64,000 nucleotides of DNA. It comes from Candidatus Eiseniibacteriota bacterium (GTDB lineage Bacteria > Eisenbacteria > RBG-16-71-46 > JABDJR01). Positions within the stretch are counted from its first letter, which is position 1. Each line of letters opens with the position of its first letter. The notes below the pieces were generated by a model that saw nothing but the letters and a program-made list of their open reading frames with translations, did not search any database and was not told the origin of the DNA. The DNA lies in contig CAVXKA010000002.1 of NCBI GenBank assembly GCA_963762255.1, positions 448,001-512,000 on the forward strand. The letters are read 5' to 3'. Positions 1-10,390 of the stretch are shown here, piece by piece. Position numbers and translations under genes: made by a program.

Positions 1-1051
1 CACGGATGTTGCGTGACTCCACGGTGGGGATGGCCGCCGAGTCCGGGTCGGAGATGAAGAAGTACTTGCCGCTCAGGAAACCCGTGTCGTCGATGCGCTG
101 AACCTGCTCCTTGGCGCCCCCGACCAGAGTGGCCTGACCGTTCTCCCCCTCCTGGCGGCTGGCGATGGCGGTGATCCCCAACCCTCCCACCTGGGCCTCG
201 GCCTTGATCCCGAACAGGCCCTCCTGCCGCGTGGAGAAGGAGACGAACTGGGAGCTGGGAAGAGCCAGGTTCGTGTTGCCCAACTCCACGCTCTTGACGA
301 CGTCGTCCTCTTCCCCCTTGTAGCGGATCTTGATCGAGTTCTCGAGCGGGGTGAGGGCCTCGCTGTTCTGAGCGACATCGATGAAGAGCTTGCTGCCGAT
401 CGTCCCCTGCAGGTTCACGTTGAGGCGCTGGCGCATGTCGAGCTTCGGAAACAGGGAACCGCCTCCGCGCTCGCCGGTGACCTGCCCCACGACCCACGAG
501 GAGGTTCCGGAAAAGGTGATCGACTCGTTCCCCGTCACCCGGAGGTTGGGCGCGCCCTGCCCGAAGATCTTCTCGGTGAAGGGGAGCTGGAAAGGGAGAC
601 TCAGGTTGACCAGGCCGCGTGGCTGGCCGGTGCTGGTCTCGGTGAGTACCTTGCGGTGTGCATCGATCCAGGCCTTGTGGAGCTGACGGTTGAAGACGAA
701 GGCGACGTACTCCTCCCGGGTCATGGCCCGGGGCGGGAGAACCTCCTCGCTCCCCACCTGGTAGGACAGAAGGACCACCTGCCGATCGAGGTCGTAATCC
801 ACGCGGGGCGCGAGGTCATAGCGGGGCTGCCCCACCCGATTACGGGGGGGAAGGGTGATGCCGAGGGTCCACCGCAGGCCCTGAAAGGGGTCGGCCGGGT
901 CAAAGAGCGCCGCCGGCCCCCGATACTGCGGGGGCGCCCCTCCGGAGGGTGGATCTTGAGGGGCGGCGGCAACAGGGCGACCGAACGGCACCAGAGCGCC
1001 GATCAGAACCGTGCACAGTACGGCCGCCAGGGCCTTAGCCAGACGCTGCAT
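1..1051 (-). CDS. sprA: T9SS outer-membrane translocon SprA/Sov, N-terminal part (runs off the window start)
   Basis: Not in the ORF track because it is open at the edge. Manual translation from ATG at 1051 (RBS GGAGGT): signal peptide MQRLAKALAAVLCTVLIG..., then IFGQGAPNLRVTGNESITFSG...FPKLDMRQRLNVNLQGTIGSKLFID...LENSIKIRYKGEEDDVVKSVELGNTNLALP...EGLFGIKAEAQVG, which matches the SprA N-terminal region. Confidence 0.85.
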   Translation of the reverse strand, partial: MQRLAKALAAVLCTVLIGALVPFGRPVAAAPQDPPSGGAPPQYRGPAALFDPADPFQGLRWTLGITLPPRNRVGQPRYDLAPRVDYDLDRQVVLLSYQVGSEEVLPPRAMTREEYVAFVFNRQLHKAWIDAHRKVLTETSTGQPRGLVNLSLPFQLPFTEKIFGQGAPNLRVTGNESITFSGTSSWVVGQVTGERGGGSLFPKLDMRQRLNVNLQGTIGSKLFIDVAQNSEALTPLENSIKIRYKGEEDDVVKSVELGNTNLALPSSQFVSFSTRQEGLFGIKAEAQVGGLGITAIASRQEGENGQATLVGGAKEQVQRIDDTGFLSGKYFFISDPDSAAIPTVESRNIR

Positions 1052-1232
1052 GGACCTCCGCCGTGGAACGAGACCGGACAATCCTAGGCAAGATGGGGTG
1101 TTTGCGCCAAGGCGAAGATGCGAGCGGCGGCCCTTCTCTTGTGACCACCGTCCGCATGCCCTAGACTGCCGGATCCGGTACCGGACCCGGGGAGCCTCCT
1201 TTCCCGAACACCTCTAACCCCATGAACACCCT

Positions 1233-2600
1233 TTGAGTTTCAAGAGCCCTCTCCCTCGTCTTGAGCTGTATGTCCTGCGGGAGTCGGTGCTCCCGTTCTT
1301 CCTGGGTTTCGGCCTAGTCACCTTCCTCTTCGTCATCGACTTCCTGTTCGACTACCTGGACCTGATCCTGGCCAAGGGAATCCCCTTCTTCGCGGTCCTG
1401 GAGCTGTTCGTCCTGGCGCTGGGCTGGATCACCGTTCTGTCCTTCCCCTGCGGCGTTCTGGTGGCGGCCCTGATGACGTTCGGCCGCCTCGCCCAGGACA
1501 ACGAGATCACCGCGATGCGGAGCCTGGGGGTCAACGTAGGGAGGGTTCTGCGAGGGCCCCTGCTGGCCGGCCTCGCCCTCGCCGCCCTCCTCACCGTCTA
1601 CAACAACTACGTGCTCCCCGAGACCAACCATCGCTTCGCGAACCTGAGCCTCGCCATCCACCGCAAGAGGCCGGCGGCCAAGATCGAGCCGGGAATCTTC
1701 ATCGACGCCTTCGAGAACTACAGCCTGCTCGTGCGCAAGGTGGACGATCGCACCGGCGACATGCAGGACGTCACGATCTACGACTACAATCAGGGGACCG
1801 TCCCCACCACGATTCTCGCCCAGCGGGGCAAGATGCAGTACATCGACCGCGGCGCCACCCTGAAGCTGGATCTGTGGGATGGGGAGATTCACGAAGTCCC
1901 GGGCCAGGCGGGGGACAATCGCTACCGCAGGGGGCGCTTCGAGCAGAACACGATCTACATGCACAACCCCGGCGCGCTGCTCCAGAAGGTGGACCGCAAG
2001 AGTCGGGGCGACCGGGAGATGACGGTAGGCATGATGAGGGCGGAGATCGCGCGCCTGCGGGAGCAGCAGTCCACTCGGCTCGAATCCGCCGACGAGAAGG
2101 CGCGCGCGGCGGGGTTCCCATCGTACCGGGCGATCGAGCACGCCCTGCGCCCGCCCACGGGGCTCGGGCGCGTCCGGTCGGCGGTGGCGGGATTGCTGGG
2201 AGCAGGTCCACCGGCTCTCGCCGACACCACCGGGCTCTCTCAAACCGTCCAGGCCCTGGAGTTGGATGTCACCGAGGTCGAGAATCTGGAGCGGCGCATG
2301 GGCAGCTATCGGGTCGAGATCCAGAAGAAGTTCTCGATCCCCTTCGCGTGCGTCGTGTTCGTTCTGGTGGGAGGGCCGCTCGGCATCCGGACCCGCAAAG
2401 GCGGTTTCGCCAACATGGCGATTGCCGTCGCCTTCTTCATCGTCTACTACCTCTTCCTCATCGCCGGGGAGCAACTCGCCGACCGCCGCCTCGTGTCCCC
2501 TGCCCTCGCCATGTGGTTTCCGAACATCCTGTTCGGCGCGGTCGGAACCTATCTCACCTTTTCCGTCGTCGGCTGGGGCCCCTCGCGGGGCATGCGCTGA
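1233..2600 (+). CDS. lptF: LPS export ABC transporter permease LptF (LptF/LptG family)
   Basis: YVLRE...PF start, FGRLAQDNEITAMRSLG, EIQKKFSIPFAC...GGPLG and PALAMWFPN motifs; tandem with an lptG-like gene. Confidence 0.88.
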   Translation: MSFKSPLPRLELYVLRESVLPFFLGFGLVTFLFVIDFLFDYLDLILAKGIPFFAVLELFVLALGWITVLSFPCGVLVAALMTFGRLAQDNEITAMRSLGVNVGRVLRGPLLAGLALAALLTVYNNYVLPETNHRFANLSLAIHRKRPAAKIEPGIFIDAFENYSLLVRKVDDRTGDMQDVTIYDYNQGTVPTTILAQRGKMQYIDRGATLKLDLWDGEIHEVPGQAGDNRYRRGRFEQNTIYMHNPGALLQKVDRKSRGDREMTVGMMRAEIARLREQQSTRLESADEKARAAGFPSYRAIEHALRPPTGLGRVRSAVAGLLGAGPPALADTTGLSQTVQALELDVTEVENLERRMGSYRVEIQKKFSIPFACVVFVLVGGPLGIRTRKGGFANMAIAVAFFIVYYLFLIAGEQLADRRLVSPALAMWFPNILFGAVGTYLTFSVVGWGPSRGMR

Positions 2601-3707
2601 ATGAACGTGAAACGACGCGCCCTCCCCCTGCTCGGGGTCGTCGATCGCCACGTCCTTCGCGAATTCCTGCGCTACTATCTCCTCGCGCTGGGCGGCTTCA
2701 CCGCGTTCGTCCTCCTCTTCGACGCCTTCGAGAAGATCGATACCTTCATCGACTACGACGCCACGTGGCTTCAGATCCTCTCGTACTACGCGTACTCGAT
2801 TCCCTACAAGGCGCTCCTGGTGGGTCCGGTGGCTCCGCTCCTGGCCACGTTCCTCTGTCTGGGTACCATGACCCGATTTCAGGAGGTGACGGTGCTGCGG
2901 GCGGCCGGGGTGTCGCTGTACCGCCTGTTCCTCCCTCTCTATCTCATGGGGCTTCTCATCTCGGCGGCGAGCTTCGTGGTCGGCGAATGGGTGATGCCCC
3001 CCGCCAACGTGCGCGTCCGCGAAATCCTCCAGCAGGAGATCAAGGGACGGGCCGACCGCAACCTGGGGAGCCGAACCAATCTCACGTATCTGGGCGAGGA
3101 GAATCGACTCTACGTCATCCGGCGATACGACGTGCCGCGACAGACCATGGTCGACCCCACCGTGCAGGAGTTCGAGGGCGAGCGAATGATCCGCCGACTG
3201 GATGCGCGTCTGGGACTCTTCAAGGACGGCGCCTGGGTGCTGGTGGACGGCGTCGAGCGCGCGTTCGACGACCAGGGTAAGGAGAGCGCGGTCCCCTTCG
3301 ACAGCCTGCGCGTCGCGTTTCCGGAGCGACCCGCCGACTTCGCCAAGGACGAGACCAAGCCCGAGGAGATGTCCTTCCCCCAGCTCGCCCGCTATGCGGC
3401 GCGCGTGCGACAGAGCGGCAGCAGCGTGGAGCGCTACCAGACCGAACTCTTCCTGCGGTTCTCGTTCCCCTTCGTCAACTTCGTGGTCATCCTCATCGGC
3501 TCGAGCCTCGCCGTTCAAGTCCGTCGCGGAGGGGTGGCGCTGGGTTTCGGGTTCTCGCTCGCCATCGCCTTCGCCTACTGGAGCCTCATCCGCGCCGGTC
3601 AGGTGCTCGGTAACAACGGCTCTCTGCCCCCTCTCGCCGCGGCTTGGCTCGGCAACACGGTCTTCATCGCGATCGGCGTGGTGATGCTCGTGCGCGCCCC
3701 GAAGTGA
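2601..3707 (+). CDS. lptG: LPS export ABC transporter permease LptG
   Basis: DRHVLREF, EVTVLRAAGVSL, PEEMSF, RFSFPF and LPPLAAAWLGN motifs. Confidence 0.88.
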   Translation: MNVKRRALPLLGVVDRHVLREFLRYYLLALGGFTAFVLLFDAFEKIDTFIDYDATWLQILSYYAYSIPYKALLVGPVAPLLATFLCLGTMTRFQEVTVLRAAGVSLYRLFLPLYLMGLLISAASFVVGEWVMPPANVRVREILQQEIKGRADRNLGSRTNLTYLGEENRLYVIRRYDVPRQTMVDPTVQEFEGERMIRRLDARLGLFKDGAWVLVDGVERAFDDQGKESAVPFDSLRVAFPERPADFAKDETKPEEMSFPQLARYAARVRQSGSSVERYQTELFLRFSFPFVNFVVILIGSSLAVQVRRGGVALGFGFSLAIAFAYWSLIRAGQVLGNNGSLPPLAAAWLGNTVFIAIGVVMLVRAPK

Positions 3708-4360
3708 ACCAAGCGGACGGCGCGCCGAGCGACGCCGAGTTCGATCCGTCGAGCCTTCGCCTCGTCGTGATCGTGGATCTGCCCGACGACGGCATCCCCC
3801 CCCTCGACCGTGTCCGCGCCGCTCTGTGCGGCGGTGCCACCCTCATCCAGGCGCGCGGGAAACGATGCTCGGCGCTCGATCTCCTCACGGCGTGCCGCCT
3901 GCTCCTGCCCGTCTGCCGCGAGGCCCGCGTGCCTTTGATCGTCAATGACCGCCCCGATATCGCAATGGCCGCCGGGGCGGACGGGGCTCACGTGGGGCCG
4001 GACGACCTTCCTCCCGAGGCCGCTCGCCGCATCCTTGGCGCTCGAGCATTGGGCGTCTCCGCGCGTTCGCCGGATCGCGTGCGCCTCGCGGAGGCCGCGC
4101 GGGCGAGCTACTTGGGCGTGGGCGCGCTGCGGGCCACGGGAAGCAAGGCCGAAGCGACGCCGATCGGCCCGGATGGGATCCGAGCCATAGTAGCGGCCAC
4201 GCGGCTCTCGGTGGTGGCGATCGGTGGTGTCCGCCCCGAGGACGTTCCGACCCTCAAGGCGATCGGGGTGCGCGGGGTCGCTGTGGTGAGCGGGGTGATG
4301 AGCGCCGAGGATCCGGAGCGCGCCGCGCGCGCCTACCGCGAGGCTTGGGACCTCGGCTGA
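3704..4360 (+). CDS. thiE: Thiamine-phosphate synthase
   Basis: LIVNDRPDIA, ADGAHVGPDD, YLGVG...TGSK, VVAIGGV, GVAVVSGV; GTG start overlaps the lptG stop (GTGA). Confidence 0.9.
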   Translation: MNQADGAPSDAEFDPSSLRLVVIVDLPDDGIPPLDRVRAALCGGATLIQARGKRCSALDLLTACRLLLPVCREARVPLIVNDRPDIAMAAGADGAHVGPDDLPPEAARRILGARALGVSARSPDRVRLAEAARASYLGVGALRATGSKAEATPIGPDGIRAIVAATRLSVVAIGGVRPEDVPTLKAIGVRGVAVVSGVMSAEDPERAARAYREAWDLG

Positions 4361-5109
4361 GCGTCGCGATCCCCATCCCGCTCGATCCGCCCGTCACGCA
4401 GCACGGGGACGCAAGGGACGGCATCGAGCCGGGCGCAGAACTCGAGATCGTCCTCGAAACCCAGCGTGGCCAGGTACGCCCCGTGGCCGGACTCCCTCAG
4501 CAGGCCCGGAATGTCTCCGCCCCGGCTTTTCCAGAGCGCGTGCGCCATGCGCGCTCCGTCGTCGGGGACACACCCGGGAGCTGCATCGAGGAGCCGCTCG
4601 ACCAGGAGCCCTGCCATCGCCGCGTCCTCGAGCGAGGCCCGGCCTTCCTTCCCCGCGCAGATCACCACGATATCCCGCTCCGCGGCGAGGAGTCGTTCCA
4701 CCGCGCGGGTGGTGTTCACGAACGAAGCCATCACCTGCTCGGGGGCGGTTTGAGCGTGAATCATGGCCAGCGAGCCGTTCGTGCTGGCGAAGATGAGGGT
4801 CTTCCCCTTCACCGCCTTGGGCACGTATTCGAGCGGAGAGTTGCCGAGATGGAACCCCGGAATCTTCCGTCCTTCACGCTCCCCGCACAGGAGCGTGGTC
4901 TTCCTGTCCAGCGAAGCGAGCAGACCGGTGGCATGCTCGACCGACGCAGCGGGGATGACCCGCACCGCTCCTGCGGCGAAGGCCTGGGGAATTACCGAGG
5001 TCGCCCGCAGCACATCCACCACGGCAACCGTCGCCTCCCTCAGGAGCCCGTCCTGGGTCTCGCCGGGAGTGAAGGCTACGGAGAGGGTGCGTGCGCGATC
5101 CGCGGTCAT
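4333..5109 (-). CDS. comB: 2-phosphosulfolactate phosphatase family protein
   Basis: [29 protein letters not shown] and LEDAAMAG motifs. Confidence 0.9.
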   Translation of the reverse strand: MTADRARTLSVAFTPGETQDGLLREATVAVVDVLRATSVIPQAFAAGAVRVIPAASVEHATGLLASLDRKTTLLCGEREGRKIPGFHLGNSPLEYVPKAVKGKTLIFASTNGSLAMIHAQTAPEQVMASFVNTTRAVERLLAAERDIVVICAGKEGRASLEDAAMAGLLVERLLDAAPGCVPDDGARMAHALWKSRGGDIPGLLRESGHGAYLATLGFEDDLEFCARLDAVPCVPVLRDGRIERDGDRDAQPRSQASR

Positions 5110-6482
5110 GACTGGATGGCGAGCGCCGGATCGCTTCCGGCTTCTCCGGCCATGCGCTCCAGGAAGCCGGTGTTGACATCTCCGGCTTGAAACGCCGGGT
5201 GGTCGAGCACCCGGAGGTGGAAGGGCACGGTGGTCTTCAGACCGTCGACCACCAACTCGGTGAGGGCGCCACGCATGCGCGCGATGGCCCCGGGGCGGTC
5301 CTCCGCCCAGACGATGATCTTCCCGATCATCGAGTCGTACTGCGTGGGAATGCGATACCCCTGATAGAGGTGGCTGTCCACGCGCACGCCCGGCCCGCCC
5401 GGAAAATGCAGGAACTCCACCCGCCCGGGGCTCGGTCGGAAATTATGGTCGGGATCCTCGGCGTTGATCCGACATTCGATGGCATGTCCGCGCAGTCGCA
5501 CCTGGTCCTGCCTCACCGAGAGCGGCTCGCCGGCGGCGGCGCGGATCTGCTCGGCCACGAGATCCAATCCGGTCACCCACTCCGTGACCGGATGCTCGAC
5601 CTGCAGCCGTGTGTTCATCTCCATGAAGTAGAAGTCCCCGGTCTCGTCGAGGAGGAATTCCATGGTTCCCGCGCCGACGTAGTCGATGGCGCGGGCGCCG
5701 GCGAGCGCGGCCTCGCCGAACCGGGCCCGTAGCTCGGGAGTCACTGCGGGGGACGGCGATTCCTCGATCAGCTTCTGATGACGGCGCTGCACCGAGCAGT
5801 CGCGCTCGCCCAGGTGGATCAGGTTGCCGTGGCGGTCGCCGAGAATCTGGATCTCCACGTGGCGCGGCCGGGCCAGGTAGCGCTCGATGTAGACCGCGCC
5901 GTTGCCGAAGGCGGCCTGAGCTTCGTTGCGCGCCATCCGAAACTGGTCAGCGAACTCGGCCTCGGTGCGCGCCACCCGCATGCCCTTGCCGCCACCGCCC
6001 GCCACCGCCTTGACGATCACCGGGTACCCGATGCGGTTGGCCTCCTTCACCGCATCCTCGGCCGCGTCCACCGGCCCGTCGGTGCCCGGCACCACCGACA
6101 CGCCCGCCGCGCTCATCGCCTCGCGTGCGTTCGCCTTGTCGCCCATTGCGCGTATTTGCCGGCTGGTGGGACCGATGAAGGTGATGCGACAGGATTCGCA
6201 GACCTCGGCGAAGTCGGGGTTCTCGGAGAGGAAGCCGTAACCGGGGTGGATGGCGTCGGCGCCCGTCACCTCGGCGGCGCTGATGATGCGGGGGACGTTC
6301 AGGTAGCTCTCCGGGGAAGCCGAGGGTCCCACGCAGACGGCCTCATCCGCCAGACGCACGGGCAGCGAATCGGCGTCCGCCTCGCTGTAGACCGCGACGC
6401 TGCCGATGCCCATCTCGCGGCATGCGCGAATGACGCGTACCGCGATCTCCCCTCGGTTGGCTACCAGGACTTTCTTGAACAT
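5106..6482 (-). CDS. accC: Acetyl-CoA carboxylase biotin carboxylase subunit
   Basis: [55 protein letters not shown]; true start at 6482, inside the longer track ORF. Confidence 0.96.
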   Translation of the reverse strand: MFKKVLVANRGEIAVRVIRACREMGIGSVAVYSEADADSLPVRLADEAVCVGPSASPESYLNVPRIISAAEVTGADAIHPGYGFLSENPDFAEVCESCRITFIGPTSRQIRAMGDKANAREAMSAAGVSVVPGTDGPVDAAEDAVKEANRIGYPVIVKAVAGGGGKGMRVARTEAEFADQFRMARNEAQAAFGNGAVYIERYLARPRHVEIQILGDRHGNLIHLGERDCSVQRRHQKLIEESPSPAVTPELRARFGEAALAGARAIDYVGAGTMEFLLDETGDFYFMEMNTRLQVEHPVTEWVTGLDLVAEQIRAAAGEPLSVRQDQVRLRGHAIECRINAEDPDHNFRPSPGRVEFLHFPGGPGVRVDSHLYQGYRIPTQYDSMIGKIIVWAEDRPGAIARMRGALTELVVDGLKTTVPFHLRVLDHPAFQAGDVNTGFLERMAGEAGSDPALAIQS

Positions 6483-6517
6483 GGACTCCCGCTCGAGCGC
6501 CCCCCCGGAGCCCGGGT

Positions 6518-7633
6518 TCAGCCCGTCCGCTCGCGCTCGAACGCGTCCCAGGTGCTGTCCGAGGCGGAGTGAATGCCCCGGGCGCGCAGATCGAACTCCG
6601 CGGGGTTGGTGCAGAACTGGAACGCATCTTCGTAGGTGATCTTGTCCTCGCGATAGAGCCGCATGAGATCCTGGTCGAACGTCTGCATGCCGTACTGGTT
6701 CACACCTTCCTGGATCGCCTTGAAGATCATGGGCGTCTTCTTGGGATCGAGGATGTACTCCTTGATGGTGGCCGTGTTGATCATGACCTCCACCGCGGGG
6801 ACGCGGCCTTGCCCGGTCTTGGCCGGAATGAGCCTCATGGAGCAGACCGCGGTCAGGTTGGAAGCAAGCAGGAAGCGAACCTCTTCGTGCTCCTGAAGCG
6901 GGAAGAAGGAGATGATGCGGTTGATGGTCTGGGCGGCGTCCGGCGTGTGCAGGGTCGAGAGCACCAAGTGCCCGGTGTCCGCGGCCATGATCGCCACGTT
7001 CATGGTTTCGATGTCGCGGATCTCGCCGATGAGGATCACATCCGGATCCTGACGAAGGATGTACTTGAGCCCGTCGCCGAACGACGCGGTGTCGAGGCCC
7101 ACCTCGCGCTGGCTGATCATGCACTGGTTGTCCCGATGCAGGAACTCCACCGGGTCTTCCACCGTGATGACATTGCGCGGGATCGTGGTGTTGAGGTGAT
7201 CGATCATCGAGGCCAGGGTGGTGGACTTCCCGGTTCCCACCGTTCCGGTCACCAGGATGAGGCCTCGCGGGCGCCGCACGAGATCGGCCAGCACCTTGGG
7301 CAGGCTGAGTTCTTCCAGACTCGGCACGCCGAACGGCACCTGGCGGAACGCCATGGCCACCGTGCCCCGCTGCTTGTAGAAGTTGGACCGGAATCGGGAG
7401 AGACCCGGCACCGAGAACGCGAAATCGATCTCGTTCGCCTCCTCGAAGTGCTTGCGCTGAGCGGGGGTCAGGATCTGCTCGACGATGGCCTCGACGTCCT
7501 TGCCACTCGGCTCGGGCTCGTCCAAGGCGATGAGGCGTCCATCCACGCGGATCGTGGGGGGGGTGCCCGCCTTGATGTGCAGGTCGGACGCGCCGGCCTG
7601 GTTCATGCGTTCGAGGATATGGCGGATGTTCAT
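6518..7633 (-). CDS. PilT/PilU-family type IV pilus retraction ATPase
   Basis: ASDLHI, Walker [50 protein letters not shown]; ATG at 7633. Confidence 0.92.
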   Translation of the reverse strand: MNIRHILERMNQAGASDLHIKAGTPPTIRVDGRLIALDEPEPSGKDVEAIVEQILTPAQRKHFEEANEIDFAFSVPGLSRFRSNFYKQRGTVAMAFRQVPFGVPSLEELSLPKVLADLVRRPRGLILVTGTVGTGKSTTLASMIDHLNTTIPRNVITVEDPVEFLHRDNQCMISQREVGLDTASFGDGLKYILRQDPDVILIGEIRDIETMNVAIMAADTGHLVLSTLHTPDAAQTINRIISFFPLQEHEEVRFLLASNLTAVCSMRLIPAKTGQGRVPAVEVMINTATIKEYILDPKKTPMIFKAIQEGVNQYGMQTFDQDLMRLYREDKITYEDAFQFCTNPAEFDLRARGIHSASDSTWDAFERERTG

Positions 7634-7659
7634 GTGGCGGACCTCCGTTCCCCCCGGGG

Positions 7660-8139
7660 TCAGCTCTCCTGCACGTAGAAGAGCGTCTGCCCGAACTCCA
7701 CCGGCTTGGAGTTGTCGACCAGAACTCGAACGATCCGGCCCCGAACTTCGGACTGGATCTCGTTCATGAGCTTCATCGCCTCGATGATGCACACCGTCTG
7801 GCCGTTCTCCACCATGTCCCCGACGCCGACGTACGGCTCGGCGTCCGGGGCCGGCGCGCGGTAGAAGGTGCCCACCATGGGCGATTTGATCGGGGTCAGG
7901 CCCGCGGTGTCGTCCGCCGGGGCCGCGGCGGGAGGCGGAGCCGGCGCTACCGCAGGCTCAGTCACCGGCGCGGGACGGACTTCGGAAACGGCTCCCCCGG
8001 TCCCCACCTGATAAGCGGAACCGTTCTGGGCCGCCGCCTTCCGAATCCGGATGCGGCCCCACCATTTCCAAACCTCGAGCTCCCCGATGTCGCTTTCTTC
8101 CACCAGCCGGATGAGCCGGCGAACCTCTTCGATTCTCAT
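7660..8139 (-). CDS. accB: Acetyl-CoA carboxylase biotin carboxyl carrier protein
   Basis: [13 protein letters not shown], biotinylation motif EAMKLMNEI, Pro/Ala linker. Confidence 0.96.
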   Translation of the reverse strand: MRIEEVRRLIRLVEESDIGELEVWKWWGRIRIRKAAAQNGSAYQVGTGGAVSEVRPAPVTEPAVAPAPPPAAAPADDTAGLTPIKSPMVGTFYRAPAPDAEPYVGVGDMVENGQTVCIIEAMKLMNEIQSEVRGRIVRVLVDNSKPVEFGQTLFYVQES

Positions 8140-8263
8140 CGTCCTCTCGCCCCGCTGGGGTGAATCCCTGACGCACCCGCAACGCCGGGAGGACTTCCCT
8201 GCTCGTTACGCGGCGGCGCCTCAGGCCGGGGAACTCGGCGCGCCCCCTCGAGGTTGGCGTTCA

Positions 8264-9350
8264 TCACCGCGTGATCCGCGCCAACGCATCCCTCAGGAGC
8301 GACTCCGGAATTCGGGGCCAGACGCTACCACCGCCTATCTGGAGTGTCAACACGAAGCGGGGACGCGAGTCCCGCACCTTCTTGTCCAACTTCAGTTTGC
8401 GAGCAGCTTCCCCCTTATCGGCGCCCGGCGCGGTGAGCTTGAGGCCGAGCCGGAGGAGGAGGTCGTTCTGGCGCTTGCGAACGGTGGGAAGACTCACCCC
8501 GAGCGTCTCCCCCACCCAGGCCGCGCCGTTCATACCCACTGCGACCGCCTCACCGTGGCGCAGGCTCCCCCGGGACGCCGCCTCGATGGCGTGGCCCAGG
8601 GTGTGACCGTAGTTGAGCACCGCACGCACATCCTGTTCCCGCTCGTCCCGACCCACGACCTCGCCCTTGGCTTCGACACAGGCGACCACGACCTCACCGA
8701 GAGCCGCTCCGTCCCGTGCCAGCAGCCGGCCGGCGTCCCGCTCCATCCGTTCGAACAGGTCGGGTCGCAGCGTCACGCCGATCTTGACCGCCTCGGCGAG
8801 GCCGGCGCGCAGGTCTCGAGGCGAAAGCGTCGCCAAGGTCGCGGGGTCGACAACCACCAGGTCCGGCTGGTGAAAAGACCCCACCAGATTCTTGGCTCCG
8901 GCGAAGTTGACCGCAGTCTTTCCACCCACCGAACTGTCGACCTGGGAGACCACCGTGGTCGGGACATGAACGAGGGGCATGCCGCGCAAGAAGGTCGAGG
9001 CGACGAACCCGGCGAGATCGCCCACCACACCGCCCCCGAAGGCAAGCACCGGCGTCCAACGGTCGGCACGAGCCTCTACCAGGCGCTCGTAGAGAAAACG
9101 CGCGCGGGTCAAGCTCTTGGATCGCTCCCCCCGAGGAACCTCTACCCAGATCAGGGGGACGACGCCTGCCGCGCGCAGAGAAGCGCGCAGAGTGCGGCCG
9201 TGATGGCGGGCCGCGCCCGTGTCCACGATGACCGCCACCTTGCTCGCGCTGCAGACGCTCGCGCACGAGTCGGCCGGTCTCGGCGAGGCAACCCTCTCCG
9301 ATCATCACCGGATAGCTGCGATCGCCGACTCGGACCCGGACGGTCTTCAC
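8264..9350 (-). CDS. aroB: 3-dehydroquinate synthase, with a one-base frameshift near 9250
   Basis: GERSKS, GGGVVGDLAGFVASTFLRG, VPTT...DSSVGGKTAVN, KNLVGSFHQP, LNYGHTLGHAIE, HGEAVAVG. The N-terminus VKTVRVRVGDRSYPVMIG (GTG 9350) is in another frame. Confidence 0.88.
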
Positions 9351-10375
9351 GGATCCGTGACGCGGAAAGTACTCATGAGCGCCTCGACTTGACGCAGCAA
9401 GTACACCTTGTCCGCCCCCGGTGCGAACACCTCTCCGATGAGAATGTAGGAGCGACCGCCGCGGTGAAACGCGAAGGCGCGGAAGGGACCCCCGATCGTG
9501 TACTTCTCGTTCTGCCAGATCCCTTCCCACTTGAGCGCGGGCGCTCCTTGAAAACTCACGGGAAAGGTGCGGGTGCGGTCGGCGAAGGCGAAGTCACCGT
9601 CGTTGTAGACCCGCAGGATGCGCTCCATGACCGGATCCCATGCTTGTGCGGTGAGCGGCACGGTCTCGTCGAGCCAGTGAACAAGAATCAGGCGCACCGG
9701 CTCCGCGGCGTTGAACTTCACGAACGCCCGGGCGGGGTCCATCGCACCGAAGAAACCCTTGTTGAGGCGCATCGTCCACCCGAACTCGCGAGCCACCTCG
9801 GCCGGGAGTTCGGTCTCCTCACCCAGGCTGAACATGGTCTCGCCCAGACCGCGCACCACCGATTCCTCGTAGGTGCGGCGCACCTCGACGGAATCGGCTT
9901 CGGTGAAGAGGCGTAACAGGTCCGGCTCGCTCCACGCGACCGCGAACAGGCTGGTTTGCCCGGTGGCGAAGCGGTCGGTGAGGAGAAGCTGGAACGGCTT
10001 CCTGGCGTCGAGGAACTGCCTTCCACCGTCTCCAAGAATGCCCGGGAGCGCCTTGGCCAATGGGTCGCGCGCACCGAGGTTCACCGCGAAGATCTGGTTC
10101 TTGACCGTCTTGTACACGGCGAAACGCGCGTAGGGAACCGATTCGATCGCAAACGCCGGCTCGGGCCCCACAACATCCACGGGGTAGGCGTAGAGGCGGC
10201 GAATCTCGGGAATCACCTGTCCGCGCGGCGAAGCGTTGGTGAAGAGGGAGATCTCGTCGTTACCGCCGACGGCTCCCGGATGCGGCCGCGTACCGCAGCC
10301 CGAGGTCACCAACATCGCCATCACCAGGAGCTGAAGCAACCCGGCACCGCACCGACGCGAGAAATGAAGACGCAT
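9347..10375 (-). CDS. Lipoprotein, DUF4837-like
   Basis: Lipobox VTSGC; GPEPAFAI, DRFATGQT, WEGIWQN...GGPFRAF, GEVFAPGADK...LRQVEA motifs resemble DUF4837. Confidence 0.65.
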   Translation of the reverse strand: MRLHFSRRCGAGLLQLLVMAMLVTSGCGTRPHPGAVGGNDEISLFTNASPRGQVIPEIRRLYAYPVDVVGPEPAFAIESVPYARFAVYKTVKNQIFAVNLGARDPLAKALPGILGDGGRQFLDARKPFQLLLTDRFATGQTSLFAVAWSEPDLLRLFTEADSVEVRRTYEESVVRGLGETMFSLGEETELPAEVAREFGWTMRLNKGFFGAMDPARAFVKFNAAEPVRLILVHWLDETVPLTAQAWDPVMERILRVYNDGDFAFADRTRTFPVSFQGAPALKWEGIWQNEKYTIGGPFRAFAFHRGGRSYILIGEVFAPGADKVYLLRQVEALMSTFRVTDP

Positions 10376-10390
10376 CGGCGGATTATAGGG

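Noticed and set aside
4333-5109. comB as evidence of coenzyme M biosynthesis
   Set aside because: No comA/comC/comDE nearby; standalone ComB-family phosphatases are widespread in bacteria.
6483-7124. Apparent N-terminal extension of AccC (likewise SucC, RfaE2, HtrA, MPG, the GT4 at 36632 and the barrel at 60162)
   Set aside because: The extensions overlap the upstream genes in another frame; true starts with RBS or stop-start overlaps lie downstream.
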